This document shows, piece after piece, positions 50,671 to 63,317 of a stretch of DNA of 64,000 bases. This DNA comes from Felis catus. Taxonomy: Eukaryota. Location of the stretch: the NCBI RefSeq assembly GCF_018350175.1, contig NC_058368.1, positions 198,836,001 through 198,900,000 on the forward strand. The letters are read 5' to 3'. A model generated the notes under the pieces. It had not been told where the DNA came from. It searched no databases and saw nothing but the letters and a program-made list of their open reading frames with translations. A program made the position numbers and the translations under genes. How positions within the stretch are numbered: position 1 is the first letter of the stretch; every line of letters begins with the position of its first letter.

Positions 50671-53600
50671 ACTAATTTCCATGATTTCTATCATCATGTC
50701 TATAGAGATCATTTCCTAAAGGAAATTTCCCTCCCCTACCTCTCTCCTTGGTCACAGGCTCATACTTGTAATGCAAGGATTCTGAAAAGTGTGCAAGGAT
50801 TATGAAAAGTGCTCAAAAAAGTAGGGAGAGTATTATCATAGTGACTTTTACAGCATACTCTTGAATCTTGAATACAATACTGGTATGCGTGGATTACAGC
50901 TTGAAAATCAATGGCTTCCATTCACTCAAACTTTTGTTGAGTTTTGACTGTGCTAATAGCAGGAGTGATAAAGATAAAATAAGGCCTACCCCTGGCCTTG
51001 GGGAGCTAATTGCATATGGGGCAGGCTTGTCCAATATTAGCTATTTTGCAAGGTATAAAGTGCTAGAAGAGAGGCATGGATTAGAATGGGAGCAGAGAGA
51101 GAGCAAATAATTCAGCCTTAGGAATTAAAGAAACCTTCATAGAAAAAGGTTGCAATTGTTTGAGACCCCTGAAAGATGAAGTGGCATCTGGCAGGAGGGG
51201 GATGGGGAAGCTGAGGGTGGGTGTCTGAGGCAGGAAAGCACGGGAGTCCTAGAAAGAGTGCTGTTACACATGAGCATGACGGGGTGTTTATCTGTAGCGG
51301 TAGTTTTTTAAAGCTATACCATTTTAAACTGAAACCTTATATAGAATTCCACATGGAAAAAAGATAAAAACAAAGATGCCTTTTTGAAACAGGGAGAAAG
51401 AGCTGGTATCACAGCTGCAGGCTCTGTGACCTCCCCATGGTAACACAGGAGGGCATTCTCAGGGAAGGAAGAAAAGAGTGGTTAGGAGACCGTGTAGACC
51501 AGGGCTGGAGGCCAGAATATGTCACTTTAGACAGACTGGACTTCTTAAGTCCTCCGGGGGCTTAGGAGTCACCAAACATTTTTAAGCAAGCAAATAGCAT
51601 CGACTCTATCAGGAAGAGAGTCCTAGGCTTTCTGTGAAGTGGAACAGAGTAGAGACCTGTTTGTTAATCAGGTATTCCGAGAGTCTAGATGTTAAAGGAA
51701 GTGCAGGAACTAATTTGCCTAGATCTGAGTTCTGATGTAGGCTCCTTCTCTGCCAAATTGCCTGACCTTTAAATGAAAGAATCTTAGATTCAAAAGCAAA
51801 CTTCCATGTGTAGTGAGGCAACTACCTTTCTACTTTGGGTATCTCTTGAACAACGCAGCTGATAAATGACCAGACCAGTGTATGGCCTGGAACATTTACA
51901 TGATATGAGACACATTGTATTAGGAAGAGTCTCTTTCTTTCTTGGTAACCCTAATGGCATTTAAAAACCTAAATAATAAAAAACTTAATTTTCAACTAGA
52001 GCAAATCTTCTGTTGGGGATTTTACCGGATGAGCTCTGAATATTTATACACAGCCCTCAAATTTTTCTCTGCCTTTTCTGAGGAAATCCTTCCAGCGTTC
52101 AGACTGGTTGCTTTCTTGTTTGCCCTCCGTAGATGCTATCTGTGAAAAACTGGAATCCAGAGATGAAATGAAGTCTTCAGAGGAATGGGGCTATCCTTCC
52201 TCTTGATTTGGAAGTACTGCTTCCTCAAGAAGCATATGATTGCAATAATATTTTAATAGCCAGGTCATCCTTACAGCCTTTCGTCAACTCAGTAGCCTTC
52301 AGCGAGTCTGTTAGCCCATCCTGTCCAAGGGCCCTCCAGCTTCACAGTAGGGTCACACCTGCCTCCTGTTTATGGTAATTATGGATAATATGATGTTAAA
52401 TTAAATTTACAGGCAATGTTGTACTTGAAATTCAAGGTGACCCAGTTGTTGTGCAGATGTAGTTTTAAGAAAGACAAAAGAACCATTGACAAGAAGTAAT
52501 CTGTATCAAAAGCATATTAAACAGCTTCTGGAAAAAAAAAAAAAAGACATGTTTCCTAGGATTTTGCATTCTGTGACCCTTACTACTTTTGTTTTAGCAA
52601 TAAAACATTTAGCCTGACTATTCTATAAATAGAGTTTCAATTTATATTGCCAGGTAATACACAATTTGATGAGAGTGAAGATGCTTTTCCTGAGAGGCTA
52701 GTTAATTGGTTTATATATTATTGTCTTGTATGTGTCTCAGTTTTTCCCTTGGCTTCCAAGCCTTTGAGGCGAACGTTACTTTCTCCAACAGAATATTCTC
52801 TTGGCTGACTTCAGCAAAGGAGTGACCAAGTCTGCTCTACATTCATTGGCAGTGATGTTGCAGTAATCGGGATAAAATAAGGTCTTTGGGAGAATCTGGC
52901 TCAGACAATAGGAGTTACAAAGTAAAAACACACAGATCCTTACTGTTAGCCCTCTTTCTACATGCTTGGAGCTGAACACCGTTTGACAATCACATGCCAG
53001 TGCATTTTATAAAACTGAGCAATTTCCCTGCCTGCTTTAGATAAGACCCTCCCCCCTTTGTATTATATCAGTGACATCCAAAAGGTTTTAGAAGCTACTT
53101 GGCATCCTTCACAGGTAGTCTTAAAGCAGTTACTGAACTTCGTAACAACATTGAAGCTCTTGGATGTGGTGGTAAACTGTTCGGCTCTGGGGATTTAAAA
53201 AAAAAACATTACAGATGCAGTTATCAGCTCTCCTGTGATCAATCTTGTTAAAATTCTGCTTCTTGTGTCCTGTTGATACATTATGCAAACAACAGACATA
53301 GAATCCAAGTTGTTGGCTGCACTTTTTTTTTTATCATAAAACTAAGAAAAATGTGATTCTCTAACAAAAACTGTGGGTACTCTCTGAAAATGATAATTAT
53401 ATTTTCAAGATCCTATTGCTTCTCCGATGTTGATGGACCTGATATTTGATTTTCCCCTCTCAGTGGGACCGTAGGTGTGTTTCGTCTGTTCAAGTATGAA
53501 CCTTTTTTAAGAGAGGAAGAAAGAATATTACTGTACCCTTGGCCACTTCTAAAACATGATTGGCATCTGCATAACGCCGTTAGCCAAAAAAAATGTGCCA

Positions 53601-55809
53601 TTGGTGCCAGACAAATCTAAATAAGATTTTGATGCAGGATCAATGGAAATATAACACGTATAAGGATGAACAACTTGTCCTGTAAGATAAGTATAAGCTC
53701 GTCTATACTTTTTGTGGTTCTCTTCTGTGGTTTTCATTTTTGTTCCTTTGCTCTTCTCAGTCAAGTTTTATCTAATCTTCCAAGTACTGTATTTCTTCCC
53801 TGCTCAAAAGTGTGAACCTCTAGAGACTAGGTCTGTCTTACTATCCCCATCATATACCACGGGATACAGTTGGGTGTATTTGGTAAGGTAGGCAAATGTA
53901 TGGGTGGGTGAGTAGATGGATAGGTAAATGTATGGATGGAAGGGTAGACCAGGGCACCTCTTCCCTACCACCATAATTGCTGGAATCCTAGAGACCTCAT
54001 GGTTGGTCTGTAATCTCTGACAATCTTGAAGTTTCAGGGTGGTCTCAAAGAACTGTATTGCCTCTTGGAGTATGCTTTGAAACTACAAGGCTTGGAGGAA
54101 GAATCTGGAGTATCTTAAAAGGAATTATAAAAGACTTAGACCAGCTCTGTTAATTTTGCATCAATAGAAAGTCTTTGATTTTTCCCAAATGAAGTTATAA
54201 TTTAGAAATGGGGTGTGATTTTATGACAGCGGTAATGATTTCTGCAGAGACAACAGATGTCCCTGTGGCTATGATTTATATGATTTTCTTTTAATAAATA
54301 AGACCAATCTCTTTTGTTTAACAAAGGTGCTAATTATAAATATTGGTTTAGCACTAATTTTGCATGTAAATTCATAGAGTGAGACAAAAAAATAGAAGTC
54401 TTGTTTATGTAATTTGAATTTTGGTTTACTCCACAGTTGAATAATTCAGTTGCCTGTGAGTATTTTGTTTGTTTGTTTGTTTTCAATGACTTTATATTGG
54501 TTTTTATGTAAATTTTGATGGACTCTTGGTGGGCTTGGGGGTACTTCTGTTAGGGATTTTATGTATGCTTTAACAGTTTGTTCCAGCAATCGAGTAAACT
54601 TTAGTTCAACTTGGGACATTTGAGTTGTCAATTTGGAAATCCTTTGCCAAGCCATCACAGGAGTATTGGCAAAGATAAACTTTAAAATAAATTTCCTTAT
54701 ATTTTGTCTAGACTTCTAAGTACTAACTACATCTGCTTTGCAGAGAATCAGATTAGGCCAGTGAGAGTCTTATGTCTTCATTATGCCATTATTTGTAGTA
54801 CATAGTGTTTGGATAAAATATAATTTTTCTGATATCTCTAAGCAAGTTATAAATAAGCAAAACTTCTTAAGAATGATGGCAATTTCGTTACCTTCACATG
54901 AGAGCCTCCCATGTGCTCTCATCAAAATAGCCATTGCTGTAGTCAGCCATAAATTGCTGGGTATTAATTACATACATACTACATATTGAATTGGCTACCC
55001 AAGTATGATTGACTTGAATTTCTAGATACTGATTAAACAGTTAAAATAGATTATTGGAAAATGTATTTCTAAGATACAGAATAGTTTAAGGATTATGTTA
55101 GATAATTTAATCCCTTGATAAAAGGTGTGTAATATTAATAATGTATGAAAAGGCCTCAAATAAAAATGTTTCCATTGCTGCCAGAAAGCGGGGGTAAATG
55201 CTAGGTTTATTTTAGTTTGTTAGCACACTAGGATGTCCCCCTGAATTGCAAATATATTGAAGGCTACAACAACTCTGGTGATACGGAGGTAAACATAAGT
55301 GAAGTGTTTTAAGCGACTAATCCGTTTTAAAGTATACTTTAGCTTCTCATATTAAATGCCATTATCGTCCCTAAGTTCACAATGGCTGCCAAGATTCCCG
55401 GGTCAAGTTGTGCTAAAATCTTTTAAACATCTTCTAGAGTGTATTCTGTTTTCTACCTGACAGGTAGAAACCTAATGAAAAGTAGAGTGGAGGCATTAGA
55501 CATCACATAGATGATTTCCAGGTATTACCTTTTAGTTCAGAGGTTAGTTTTTGGTGTCCCAAGAGAGGGCAACTTAATCTGTATGGATTTGAAAAATGGA
55601 TTATTACTCCGTACATTTCATTCACATAAGTATTTATTAAATTTCTCTTATTGGACATCATCATAAAATATTGTATGAACTTTTTCTTTATTTGGGGTGA
55701 TAGTTCCAAGTTCAGAGTATTTTAAATAGTAAAAAAGGAGAAAGGAGAAGGTTAAGGATAAAATATTTCCTTGAAACTTAATAAATGTGTACTTTAAAAA
55801 TAAATTTAT

Positions 55810-56042
55810 GGGACACTTGGGTGGCTCAGTCGGTTAAGCATCTAACTCGTGGATTTTAGATCCATCAGATCATTCATGATGTCTCGGTACATGAGTTGGA
55901 GCCCCACAGGGGCTCTTTGCTGGCAGGGTGGAGCCTGTTGGGACTGTCTCTCTCTCTCTCCCTCTCTGTGCCCCTCCCAGCCCATTCTTTCTCTCTCTCT
56001 TTCAAAGTAAATAAACAAACTTTAAAAAAAAAAAATTAAAAA
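55810..56042 (+). mobile_element. CAN-SINE
   Basis: Head, (CT)n, A-tail; degenerate TSD taaaaaataa.ttta. Confidence 0.93.
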
Positions 56043-56280
56043 TAATTTTATTACTTTCTTTAAGGTGACTGAGAAATATGCATTTAGTAAATGGAAAGAG
56101 TACTTTATTTGTAATTGAAAAAGTAATGTGTTTTATATCCAAGATAAAAGTTGGATAATATTGTGTGTGTATTTCTCTTTTTCTTGGGTAGTAGGATCAC
56201 TGTCATTTTAGATATTAGAACTTCAGTAACCTAAAAGTAGACCATTTTCTGGCAAATAAAAAGTTGTTTTAAGACATTTA

Positions 56281-56500
56281 GGGGCACCTGGGTGGTTCAG
56301 TCGATTAAGCTTCGACTCTTAATTTTGACTCCAGTCTTGGTGTCACGGATCATGGTATTGAGCCCATTGTTGGGCTCTGTGCTGGCAGTGCGGAGCCTGC
56401 TTGGAATTCTCTTCCTCTCTCTCTGCCCCTCCCCTGCTCTTGTGCTCGTGCAATCTCAATCTCTCTCTCTCTCTCTCTCAAAATAAAAAAACAAACAAAT
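56281..56500 (+). mobile_element. CAN-SINE
   Basis: ggggcacctgggtggttcagtcg head, (CT)n, tail. Confidence 0.94.
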
Positions 56501-56613
56501 TTTTTTGCAAGTGACTTTTAAGGCCTTAAATCAAAAGGCAAAAAAAAATCAAAGGTATTTACATGCCTCATAGTTTTACTTCCAGTTTTAATTATAAGAA
56601 ACAAAATATATTC

Positions 56614-56834
56614 TCTTTTTTTAGTTTTTTTTTAATGTTTATTCATTTTTGAATGAGAGAGACAGAGCACAAGCAGGGGTGGGGCAGAGAGAGGGGGAGA
56701 CACAGCATCTGAAGCAGGTTCCAGGCTCTGAGCTGTCAGCACAGAGCCTCATGTGAGGCTCGAACTCACAAACCATGAAATCATGACCTGAGCCAAAGTC
56801 AGATGCTTAACCGACTGAACCACCCAGGTGCCCC
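56614..56834 (-). mobile_element. CAN-SINE (feliform type)
   Basis: Perfect TSD aaacaaaatatattct. Confidence 0.96.
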
Positions 56835-57530
56835 AAAACAAAATATATTCTTAAATATGATGACTCCGTTGTATAAATTTCCATTTAAAAATAGAATTGT
56901 CACTTTGAACCTTGTGTCTCTCCATCTATTAGGATGTGCTATAATTACCTATTTTTAAAACCCCACCTAAAATCACTTTTGATATGTAATTTGTTGTGTG
57001 AAATCAAACACTAAACTCATTTTTAATTTTGGAACTCAAATTTGTAATGGCATAATGCCATTACATTTTTTTGGACTGCTTTAAAAATTAGTAAAACATT
57101 TTGATTCCGAAATAATTAGGTTTTTATTAGCCTGAAAATAGAGCTCATCCCAGCCCTTTTACCCATCTGCCACATGAGCCGTGTGACAACGTTAACAGGT
57201 GCTTCTTACTGAGCTTCCACAAAGTATGGATTTGAAAACAGAATCCTGCTCTTGGGTATAACTTCAGAGTTCTCATGTCTGGCTAAACAGTGGGGAAAAA
57301 TGAGGTGTCTGTCTTCAGTCAGTATTGGAATAAGTGAAATGTGGCAGTAGAAATTTTCTAATGCCAGGTATAAGTATATAAAGTGATTTATTGGCCTGAT
57401 TGTATTTGAAATTTTGAAAATGTTGCAAATAATGTGTCATCACTGTAAAACATGTAATTTACACAGGGCATATTTCATTTTGAATAATTTGATGTTTTTC
57501 TTTGATTCTCAGAATCTTTCTTGATGAGTA

Positions 57531-57559
57531 TTTTTATTTCTCTCTCTTTGTAGGTAAGT
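57531..57559 (+). promoter_or_regulatory. Juxtaposed 3'/5' splice site (candidate recursive splice site)
   Basis: tttttatttctctctctttgtAG|GTAAGT. Confidence 0.45.
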
Positions 57560-60237
57560 GGAGGAGACTCCAGTTAATTATTCCAAGTAATTGTTCTTAA
57601 CTCCACATTTAATTGACTTATAATTCCTTTCTTAAAAATTCAAATTATATGACAAAGTATTTTGAATGACTTTACTAGAATAAACAAATTTATTGGGAAT
57701 AGACATCTTCTCAGATATTTAAAAATGGTTTTTATCATTCCATTGCCTTTGTATATTAAAGATCTAATTTACCAATGACATGCTAGATTCTGGATATTCC
57801 TTTATTTACAAAATAAATGCAAATTTCATTGGACTCATCTTGATTAGGAGAAAATCAAAAGAGTCATGTTCCCCCTCCTGTTACATTTCTGATGACCAAG
57901 TATATCATAATTAATTTTGCTATTGCCTGAGGAGACCTACGATAAGGATATGTAATTCATTCTAAAATAATCAAGGACTTTAGTAATTAATTTTAAAATA
58001 AAATGAATCATCTTTTGGCTTACATGCCATCCATTAATCCTGTATGGGAATTTGATTACTGTGTCTGTACGGTTTTTTTATCTGATAACTCCAGACAGTT
58101 CCTTTATTTGATAGTATAACTACTCATCTGGGATTGAATTCTTAATGTTTTCCCATTGTGAATTTAACAAAACTGTGAACTGATTTTATACAGCTATCTA
58201 AAGCACTTGCTCATAACTGAGGAGTATATGATTCAATATGTCTCAGAACTTAAATTTGTTTTTTAATATCAGTGTGTGTGTGTGTTTTAACTTAAACTAT
58301 TTCATTCAGTATATATACCTAGCCTGTGTACTGAGGCTAAAAATTTTCTTTTAAGGAATGCGTATGTTTTGACTTGGTAGAATTTCAGTATTTTGGTTAA
58401 ATCATTCAAAAAGTACATTTCTTTACAAGTTGATTTTTATAAAGTTGTATCTTTTCAGACCCACTACATTACGTTTTACTTCAGAAATTTGTTACACTTG
58501 CCTACAGAGTAGAAGTATTTTCAAAAGCATTTTATGTAGTAGTTTGGTAGACCAACCACTTTTTGCTTTAACAAATAGCTTTGGCTTGAATAATATATTT
58601 TTTTTCCTGGTGGTAGAGGGGAGTGGCTCTAAATAGTTTAATATTTGTTCTCTCTTGGTCTTTTGTTAATTTGAAGATTCATGTAATGGAGATTTAGAGG
58701 TTATGAGTGTTAAGACCTTTAGTTTGGGTATTATTTTTGTAACCGATTAATTTATTGTAGTAGGAGTTAGATATGATACAGGCAGTTCTGATAGCATTGA
58801 CTTATTCTCATCCTAGGAATCAGGTCAATCCACGATGAAATGTATCACTCCTCTAATTTAGTGAGTACAGGGGCATCTCTATTATTAATAAAATACTGAC
58901 CCTACTTTGCATCCCTTGTTTGAAATATTCTGGGAGAATAATGGTAAGACTAGCAAAAATAGACTTTCAAAGCTACTACTTCTATGTAAAAATAGAATAA
59001 TATCTTCATTAAGATGCTGTTCTAAACTATTATTTTTAAGGTATTTTAATAAATATCCAACAACTCCAATACAACTTTAAGGCAGTCATTTATTTTCAAT
59101 TGTTAAGCAAGCATTTTCTACTGGTACAATCTCTTACCTGATAAAGATGTAGATTCCAACTTCCACATAAAAGACATGCCTATGTCCACATGTAGCGACC
59201 TACCTACCTGAATCCAAATAAGGCTATCAAATAAAATGTTAACCAAACTATCTCATGCAATTTAGCCAACCAACCCAGGAAATAGAGTGCAATTAAAAAA
59301 AAAAATAATAGAATTGAAAATATTGCAACCATCCAGAAAAAAGTAAGGAGCCACAACTTTTATTTAAGTTAGGAATAATATGAATGGTTCATTATGTCTG
59401 ATTAAAATGATGTTACAAACTTCCATATCCCTTAAGTATAATTTTTGTGAAACATTAATTATTCCCCAATTTAAGCAATTTTTTCTTTGATCCTGTGGTC
59501 TTATTTGCATTGTTTCAAATTCCCTTCCCACTCCCCCCCCCTCTTTTTTTTATCCCTCTATCAGTTGTTTTTCCTTTTTCCTTTTTTTTTCTTTTTCTGT
59601 GCCTGGCACTTAGTGTGCCTTCAATATAGATGTACCAAAAGAAATAAGGCATAAACAATGGTTAATAATCTCTAAGAAAAATCAAAAGCCAGAAAAGTGT
59701 TTTTTTAACTTTCTCCCATTCTGAGGATAAGCACCTCACACGGTCAATCCCCAGACTTAAGAGGGAAAGACTAACAGACGCTAGAGGGTATTCATTTAAT
59801 CAGTATGACGTGGAAAATGTCTTTGCTCTTAGCAAGTAGAAAGATTGCTCTACCTCAGTAATGCCAATCAGCTGTTCTGTAACTACACATGCTACATGAT
59901 GAAATTTTGATTCACAGATTTTCTTTAGAAATTGGGTGTTTTCACAACTTTCACATTTTCCAGATTTCTTTTTCCCTTCTAGTAGGACTAGCCCAGAAAA
60001 ACCTTTGTCATTGGTATTGTTCATCCAGTGTGGGTGTTGCAGATAGTGGTGGGGGAAATATATACGTAATGGGGAAAATGCCTGTTACTTTTGCATTTTT
60101 CAAAGTCCGGTGGGAAAAAACTGCTGATTCTTAAAACAACCATGATGACAAGAGCATGTCAATCACTGTTTCCATGAAGGGTGGTATATTTTGGGTTTGT
60201 TTTGTGGAGACATGGGGCATTCATATGTGCTTTTAAA

Positions 60238-60455
60238 AAAAATTTTTTTTTTCAACGTTTATTTATTTTTGGGACAGAGAGAGACAGAGCATGAATGGGG
60301 GAGGGGCAGAGAGAGAGGGAGACACAGAATCGGAAACAGGCTCCAGGCTCCGAGCCATCAGCCCAGAGCCCGACGCGGGGCTCGAACTCACGGACCGCGA
60401 GATCGTGACCTGGCTGAAGTCGGACGCTTAACCGACTGCGCCACCCAGGCGCCCC
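60238..60455 (-). mobile_element. Very young felid SINE (SINEC_Fc-like)
   Basis: Same subfamily as 50446-50670; perfect 16-bp TSD catatgtgcttttaaa. Confidence 0.97.
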
Positions 60456-61359
60456 CATATGTGCTTTTAAATGTTGTAGCTCTGAATAAGCTTTGCATAA
60501 AATAACTGTTTGTCTTCATAAATAATGCCACCAAAGCAACAAGTCACATGGCAAATTCTCCTCAGAACATTGCCTCTAGAGCTTAGCAAATGTTATCTAG
60601 GGTAGAAGGACAATCCTCTTTTCTCACAAATGCCATGTATTCTATCTACAATGTTCCTGCACAAGATAAAACTTAAATGTTTTCTTTAAGACCTCTTCCA
60701 GAATCTTCCCATCATGAAATAGAATGTCGTCTATTCATCTACTTTGAATGAGTGGCCAAGAGGACATTTGAGCTGGCAGTTACCAGGAACCAGATGGCAT
60801 TACTTTAATGGTCTCAGCATGGGGTTATCTTTCCCACGTGGTGCATAAGAGTGGTTCACAGACATTAATTTTAGGCTAGATAGTCTTAAATGTCTGTTTC
60901 AGTAAGTGACTCATGATTATTGAAAAATTCTTTGCGTGGCACAAAACTTGATGATAAAGTTTAAACCCTTGTTATCATAGGGTGAGTCAATTCTTCTTAT
61001 TACAGTCTCAGACTCTTGGGACTGATTCGGTACCCTTGTTCCGGGGAATTTATCTTACAGCAGGTGATGTGGTAGCTTCCATACCTACAGATTTAAGCTA
61101 TTTTCTCTGTATCCCCCATTTGCAGTCAGTGTAATTTCCAGGTGGGTGGCTCCCCTTTTGTGCCCTACCCTCTTCTTAAATTTAAAATGTCTCAAATAAT
61201 CCTCTTAATTGACCAAAACTTCCTACTTTTTTTCATTACCTTTCATGGCACTTTCAACCACTTAATGTGGTTCAAATATTAGAATTGATTTTATTTCTAT
61301 TTTAGGGTTCTTTACCTTTTCCCAGGTAGACTACCCTTGTAATTCTAATTCTTGTCCTG

Positions 61360-61680
61360 ATATCCTGTCCCATCCCTGCTTAAGCCTGTCTCCAGAATTA
61401 ACATCATCCCTGAAGTCAAATCCAAACTTCCTATCATGTCCTGGAAGGTTTTCTGTAATCTTACTCCCACTCGTATGTCTACTTTCCCTCCCCTCTGCCC
61501 CCATCACACTGGTTCCCTCTCTGTTCTTCACAGAAGTCGAGCTTGTTGCTGCCTCAGGACCTTTGGACTTGCTGATTCTTCTTGGAATTGTCTTTCCTCG
61601 GATGTGTGTATGTCTGCTTCCATCTCTCAGCTCAGGTAGCCTCTCACATGTACCAATCAGTTCCGACTCCACCACTCTGT
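61360..61680 (+). mobile_element. L2 fragment
   Basis: aaatccaaacttcct..cacactggttccct..ctgcctcaggacctttggacttgctg..tggaat..ctcagctca. Confidence 0.8.
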
Positions 61681-62204
61681 TTTTATATTTTCTAGATGAA
61701 ATAAGCCAAAGACATGCAGTTTGAAAGACTATTTTTTATTCTGTTTATGTCCTCCCAAAGTTTTTGTTGAAGTCCTTTCTCTTGAATAGTGATAATATGT
61801 GGTAATCCATTGGGTCTCTGAGTCAGTCCACAACTTTTTATTTTCCTTCACCTCAAAAAAATGGCATTCCTCTCACAGAAAACACTGTGTCGAAGCCCTT
61901 ATGTATCTCATAGGTACCTACAACATGGGCTTTCCTTTCTGCATAGGTGTGCTTTTCCAGTTACATTTTTCTTCATTTTCCAAAATCTTTTTATATGAGT
62001 ACTCAGTACTCATGTTACTGGATGTGTGATACCAGAATCCTGCGTATGTGTTTATCACACACATTGTATGTGCTTACTAAGTCACCTGATGGGTGGGGGC
62101 TTTCAGTACGTCCAAATTAAGATTGTTCGCTCCTGGAGAACAGGGTTGTGATTCTTCTTCACTGTGTTTATAATAGTTGATAAACTGTTTTTATAAATTA
62201 ACTT

Positions 62205-62410
62205 TTTTTCTAGGCACTGTGCCAGACTCTTAACAAATATGATCTCATTTAATCCTGACAACACAATGAACTAGTTACTTTTATTACCTTCATTTTACGT
62301 CCAAGAAAATTTCCTTAAGGAAAATTTTCAAGGTTATGCAGCAAGTAAGAGACAAAACTGAGATTTGAATCCATGTGGTTTGGCTTGGGTGCTTACCTTC
62401 TAAAGCAACT
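62205..62410 (-). mobile_element. MIR SINE
   Basis: aggcactgtgcca..atctcatttaatcctgacaaca..cattttac..caaggt..gatttgaatcca. Confidence 0.75.
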
Positions 62411-63100
62411 GTTTGATACAGCTGACTGCATGCCCCATAAATTCTTGGTGATTTTCACTGGCCATCTTCATTGTATCTGGAGAGAGCCATCCAACCTTGG
62501 TCTTTGCTTCCAGTGGACTGAGTGCCAATTAAGTGTTGAATAGTACCGAATATTAAAACTCAGCTCAACATATTGGTGAAAAATCTAAAGAAACAAACTA
62601 ATAATTTATTAGGAACTTGAAAACACTAATGCATCTAATTTTTATTTATGTATTTAATCCAGTAAAAAAAGAGGCCCTTCAACCTGGTCTGCTCTCATGA
62701 GAGTGAATTGAAGAGCCAAATTTCTAATTGTAAAAGAGAACACATACCCACTTTAGGGAAAGAGGCATTGGACACCGAGGCTGTCACGAGACTTGGCATT
62801 AGGAAAGCACTGTGAAATTAGATTACACGTCTCTAAAAGGTAAATTGCAAATAATTTAATTTTTGAGGACAGCTAGACATTTGGAATGATTCATCATTGT
62901 TTACATAAACTACTATTGTGCCCCTAAAATAGCAATACTGGTTATTACTCACAGGTTAATGTTAGAATAAGTGTATTTTAATACAGATACGGAAAATGAC
63001 TAGTTCTTTTCTCAAAATGTTCAGTCCAGAACGCAGAGGTTGTTCTTGTTTAACCCAAGGAGCTAATGTTTGGTGCTTTGATTAAGAAATAGGTCATGTA

Positions 63101-63317
63101 GGGGAGCCTGGGTGGCTCAGTTGGTTGAGCATCCGACTTCGGCTTAGGTCGTGATCTTGCAGTCTGTGAGTTTGAGCCCCGCGTCGGGCTCTGTACTAAC
63201 AGCTCAAAGCCTGGAGCCTGCGTCGGGCTCTGTGTCTCCCTCTCTCTCTACCCCTTCCCCGCTCATGCTCTGTCTCTCTCTCTCTGTCAAAAATAAATAA
63301 ACATTAAAAAAAAAAAA
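63101..63317 (+). mobile_element. CAN-SINE (feliform type)
   Basis: Full element; perfect TSD aagaaataggtcatgtag. Confidence 0.96.

Noticed and set aside
50449..50712. ORF GAPGWRSRLSVRLQPGHDLAVREFEPRV..., also at 60252-60458, and related MAQSV.../MVQSV... ORFs
   Set aside because: Translations of CAN-SINE sequence, not genes or paralogs.
61331..61675. 114-aa (-) ORF; likewise the 115-aa ORF at 38457-38804
   Set aside because: Lie within decayed L2 3' fragments.
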